Positions 60,659 to 64,000 of a stretch of 64,000 nt of DNA are shown one piece after another. The stretch comes from Bacteroidia bacterium (lineage in GTDB: Bacteria; Bacteroidota; Bacteroidia; UBA8524). The stretch spans positions 3,362,490 through 3,426,489 of the forward strand of contig OZ252261.1 in assembly GCA_965249955.1 (NCBI GenBank). Reading direction: 5' to 3'. Each line of letters starts with the position of its first letter. The stretch's first letter is position 1. The position numbers and the translations under genes are program-made. The notes beneath the pieces are model-generated. The model saw only the letters and a list, made by a program, of their open reading frames with translations. It did not search any database and had not been told where the DNA came from.

Positions 60659-63301
60659 ATGAACGCTCAACAGATAAGGCAACAATTTTTAGATTTTTTT
60701 GAAAGCAAAGGCCATAAAATAGTGCCCAGTGCCCCGCTTGTAATTAAAAACGACCCTACCCTAATGTTTACCAATGCGGGTATGAACCAGTTTAAAGATT
60801 ACTTTTTGGGCAACCAACAAGCGCCTAATAAACGTGTGGCCGATACTCAAAAATGTTTGCGTGTGAGTGGAAAACACAACGATTTGGAAGACGTGGGGCA
60901 CGATACCTACCACCACACTATGTTTGAAATGCTGGGCAACTGGAGTTTTGGTGATTATTTTAAAGAAGAAGCTATTGAGTGGGCATGGGAATTATTGACC
61001 GAAGTTTTTAAGCTGGATAAAGACCGCTTATACGTTACTGTATTTGAAGGCGACCCGAAAGAAAACCTTGAGTTTGACCAAGAAGCCTACGACTGTTGGA
61101 AAAAATATATAGCCGAAGACCGCATTTTGCGCGGCAACAAAAAAGATAACTTTTGGGAGATGGGCGATACAGGCCCTTGTGGCCCTTGCAGCGAAATACA
61201 TATAGACCTTCGCCCTGATGCTGAAAGAAAAGAAGTTGACGGTAAAACATTGGTAAACAACGACCACCCGCAAGTAATTGAGGTGTGGAACAACGTATTT
61301 ATGCAATACAACCGCATGGCCGATAGCAGCTTGCAGCCATTGCCCGATAAACACGTAGATACAGGCATGGGCTTTGAGCGTTTGGTGCGCGCCATTGAAG
61401 GCAAAACCAGCAACTACGATAGTAGTGTGTTTATGCCTTTAATAAATAAGGTAGAACAACTAAGCGGCATAAAATACAGCGGCGGCGACAACCTAAGCAG
61501 CAACCCCAACGAAAAGACTGATATAGCTATACGCGTAATTGTAGACCATATACGCGCTGTGGCGTTTACCATTGCCGATGGACAACTGCCCAGCAACAAC
61601 GGTGCAGGCTATGTAATACGCCGTATTTTGCGCCGTGCTGTGCGTTACGGTTTTAGTTTCTTAAACCTGAAAGAACCCTTCTTTAACCAATTGGTGCCTG
61701 TACTGGCCAAAGAATTTGGTGATACTTTTCCCGAAATACGTCAGCAGATGGATTTTGTGCAAAAAGTGATTTTGGAAGAGGAGAATAGTTTCCTTAAAAC
61801 CTTAGAAAACGGTTTATCATTAATAAAAAATGAAAATATAAGTGGTGAGCACGCTTTTAGGTTATACGATACCTTTGGTTTTCCTATTGATTTAACGGAA
61901 CTAATAGCCAAAGAAAGAGGGCTAACTGTTGATGTTGAAGGTTATAAAGTTTTTCTACAAGAACAAAAAGACCGTAGTCGTAAAGCTGCTGAAACGACCA
62001 AAGACGATTGGGTGGTGCTTCGTCAAGCTCAGCATGACAGTAGCGAAACCGAATTTGTAGGCTATGATGTTTTAACTACCGAATCACATATAGTTCGTTA
62101 TCGTAAAGTAGAGGAAAAGAAAAAACAGTTTTTCCAATTAGTGTTGGATAAAACCCCTTTTTATGCTGAAAGCGGGGGACAAGTGGGTGATACAGGCTAC
62201 TTGCAAAGTGCTAATGAAAAGATAAACATTATTAACACCCAAAAAGAAAACAACCTTATCATACATATTACAGATAAGCTGCCCGAAAATATGGAAGCCG
62301 TATTTACTGCACAGGTAGATGAAAATCGCCGTAGGTTAATAGCTGATAACCATAGTGCTACGCATTTGTTGCACGCCGCGCTTAAACAAGTGTTGGGTAG
62401 CCATGTCAACCAAAAAGGTAGTTTGGTTGCTCCTGATTATTTGCGTTTCGACTTTTCTCATTTCGCTAAAATGACTGAGGAAGAAGTGAAAACCGTTGAG
62501 CATATTGTTAACCAAAAAATTCGCGAGAATATTCAGTTAAACGAACAACGCAATATCCCCATTGCAGAAGCACAGGCACAAGGCGCAACTGCTTTGTTTG
62601 GCGAAAAGTATGGCGATACCGTACGTGTAATCACTTTTGATAAAAACTACAGTATGGAGCTTTGCGGCGGTACACACGTGCCTGCTACGGGGCAAATAGG
62701 TTTTTTTAAAATAACTGCCGAAACATCGGTAGCTGCTGGCGTGCGCCGTATTGAGGCCATTACTGCCGATAAAGCCGAAGAGTTTATTAACCAACAAATA
62801 ACTTTGGTTGAAGAAGCCAAGCTATTGGTAAACAATGCAAAAGACCTTAAAAAAGGTATCGAGAACCTACTAAACGAAAAAGCCGAACTGCAAAAACGCT
62901 TAGAGGCTTTAGAAAATGCTCAAGTACAGCAAGTAAAAGCTGAGCTTAAAAATGCTGCTGAACCTATTAGCGGTATTAACTTTATTGCGCAACGTACAAG
63001 CATTGGTAGTGCCGATGCTATTAAAAACCTAGCTTTTTCATTAAGCAAAGAAGTAGATAATTTATTTATGGTATTGGCTGCCGAAGTGAACAACAAACCA
63101 AACATTACCGTAATGATTAGCGAAAACTTGGTAAAAGAAAAAGGCTACGATGCAGGTAAAATAGTTCGTGAATTGGCAAAACTTGTTAAAGGCGGGGGAG
63201 GGGGACAACCCTTTTATGCCACAGCAGGCGGTAATGATATTAGCGGATTAGATGCTGTAGTTGCCGCTGCAAAAGGACATTTGGGCACGGCATTGGCATA
63301 G
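60659..63301 (+). CDS. alaS: Alanine--tRNA ligase
   Basis: Full-length 880 aa with the class II core, an editing domain (HSATHLLH) and a C-terminal DHHA1-like region. Confidence 0.95.
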   Translation: MNAQQIRQQFLDFFESKGHKIVPSAPLVIKNDPTLMFTNAGMNQFKDYFLGNQQAPNKRVADTQKCLRVSGKHNDLEDVGHDTYHHTMFEMLGNWSFGDYFKEEAIEWAWELLTEVFKLDKDRLYVTVFEGDPKENLEFDQEAYDCWKKYIAEDRILRGNKKDNFWEMGDTGPCGPCSEIHIDLRPDAERKEVDGKTLVNNDHPQVIEVWNNVFMQYNRMADSSLQPLPDKHVDTGMGFERLVRAIEGKTSNYDSSVFMPLINKVEQLSGIKYSGGDNLSSNPNEKTDIAIRVIVDHIRAVAFTIADGQLPSNNGAGYVIRRILRRAVRYGFSFLNLKEPFFNQLVPVLAKEFGDTFPEIRQQMDFVQKVILEEENSFLKTLENGLSLIKNENISGEHAFRLYDTFGFPIDLTELIAKERGLTVDVEGYKVFLQEQKDRSRKAAETTKDDWVVLRQAQHDSSETEFVGYDVLTTESHIVRYRKVEEKKKQFFQLVLDKTPFYAESGGQVGDTGYLQSANEKINIINTQKENNLIIHITDKLPENMEAVFTAQVDENRRRLIADNHSATHLLHAALKQVLGSHVNQKGSLVAPDYLRFDFSHFAKMTEEEVKTVEHIVNQKIRENIQLNEQRNIPIAEAQAQGATALFGEKYGDTVRVITFDKNYSMELCGGTHVPATGQIGFFKITAETSVAAGVRRIEAITADKAEEFINQQITLVEEAKLLVNNAKDLKKGIENLLNEKAELQKRLEALENAQVQQVKAELKNAAEPISGINFIAQRTSIGSADAIKNLAFSLSKEVDNLFMVLAAEVNNKPNITVMISENLVKEKGYDAGKIVRELAKLVKGGGGGQPFYATAGGNDISGLDAVVAAAKGHLGTALA

Positions 63302-63335
63302 TTGTTAAGCCTTGTTATAGCTGTAAATGCAGCTG

Positions 63336-63539
63336 TTAGCTTTTATTTTTCATGGCTGTAATAATGGCGTCTGTTCGCCTATCGGCATACATGCGGTTTA
63401 GTGAAACTACTGCCCATATAAAAGCGGGTATCCAGCCTATAATGGTTATTTGTAAGATTAGGCAAAGTATTCCTGCTCCAATCTTTCCTTGAAGCATTAG
63501 CGATAACCACGGTAAGAAAAATGCAATTACATACCTCAT
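63336..63539 (-). CDS. YqaE/Pmp3 (UPF0057) family small membrane protein
   Basis: 67 aa with 2 TM helices and the family sequence pattern. Confidence 0.75.
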   Translation of the reverse strand: MRYVIAFFLPWLSLMLQGKIGAGILCLILQITIIGWIPAFIWAVVSLNRMYADRRTDAIITAMKNKS

Positions 63540-63587
63540 AGCACTATTGTTTGTTCAATAATAACAAAATATGTTTTTTTGGCAAAA

Positions 63588-64000
63588 CTACCTCACTAAA
63601 CTTACATTGCCTTTGTAGTTAAATACCTTTAATAGTTTATTGCTATACCCTTTAAACCTGATTTTATAAAGATATATACCTTGTGGGCAATTTTTGCCTT
63701 TATAAGTACCGTCCCAACCCTGTTGTGGGTTGTTTGAACTAAAAACCTTTTCGCCCCAAGTAGTAAATACCTCAAACTCAAAATTAAGTATATCCAACGC
63801 CGTGGGCATAAAAATGTCATTAAGCCCATCACCATTTGGAGTAAAAGCATTGGGTAGGTAAAAATCAAAACCACACAAACGGGCAACCGTGCTGCCATCA
63901 TCACCCTTACAGCCTCTATAATCTTCCACCATCACATAGTAATCTCCCGCTTGTTTCACAATAATCCATTGGGTAGTATCGCCCGTAGGTGTCCATTTAT
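63588..64000 (-). CDS. T9SS type-B C-terminal sorting domain (gliding motility-associated CTD) protein, C-terminal part only
   Basis: YLPNAFTPNGDGLND is the TIGR04131 hallmark. The reading frame is open to the window edge. Confidence 0.75.
   Translation of the reverse strand, partial: KWTPTGDTTQWIIVKQAGDYYVMVEDYRGCKGDDGSTVARLCGFDFYLPNAFTPNGDGLNDIFMPTALDILNFEFEVFTTWGEKVFSSNNPQQGWDGTYKGKNCPQGIYLYKIRFKGYSNKLLKVFNYKGNVSLVR

Overview
This 64-kb window reads as Bacteroidota chromosome (about 40% GC). The phylum call rests on a T9SS type-B C-terminal domain protein, an Omp28-like lipoprotein, OmpA proteins carrying thrombospondin-3 repeats, DUF1573/DUF4386/DUF1599 proteins, an Nramp-Usp fusion and a long-form NusB. 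Most of it is conserved housekeeping:
- folate: DUF1599-DoxX fusion-folP cluster
- methionine: metY-metX-hom operon
- translation and RNA: efp, smpB, alaS, miaA, CCA-adding enzyme, nusB
- replication: priA
- envelope and secretion: yajC, a WbaP-like sugar transferase, GT9 heptosyltransferase, and an M23-MerR-CapA operon
- other: H+/Na+-pyrophosphatase, bshB1, pcm, coaE, aroK, HU, MscS.

Regulators are AraC, LytS/LytTR, Crp/Fnr, MerR, and a DtxR/MntR-FeoA protein ahead of mntH. I found no CRISPR array, rRNA, tRNA, transposase, integrase or recognisable defence island.

The most unusual features are:
- A family of about 95-nt intergenic triple-hairpin elements at about 17.95, 25.95 and 34.35 kb, plus a partial fourth at about 34.65 kb. 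The flanks and a GGACTTAAGTCC apex are conserved, while the main stem differs between copies through compensatory substitutions, which points to selection on structure (small RNA, REP or MITE-like).
- A long metY leader with overlapping alternative hairpins and an intrinsic terminator ahead of the start codon, which looks like a riboswitch or attenuator.
- A membrane pyrophosphatase with an approximately 95-aa Cys/His-rich C-terminal tail.
- Two tandem paralogous OmpA proteins of about 800 aa with thrombospondin-3 calcium-binding repeats and a large uncharacterised N-domain, followed by an Omp28-like lipoprotein.
- A cytoplasmic (no signal peptide) staphylococcal-nuclease-like protein with an unknown C-terminal domain.
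- An AT-rich islet of three small orphan ORFs.
- Several palindromic candidate operators.

Everything here is read by eye; no similarity searches were possible.
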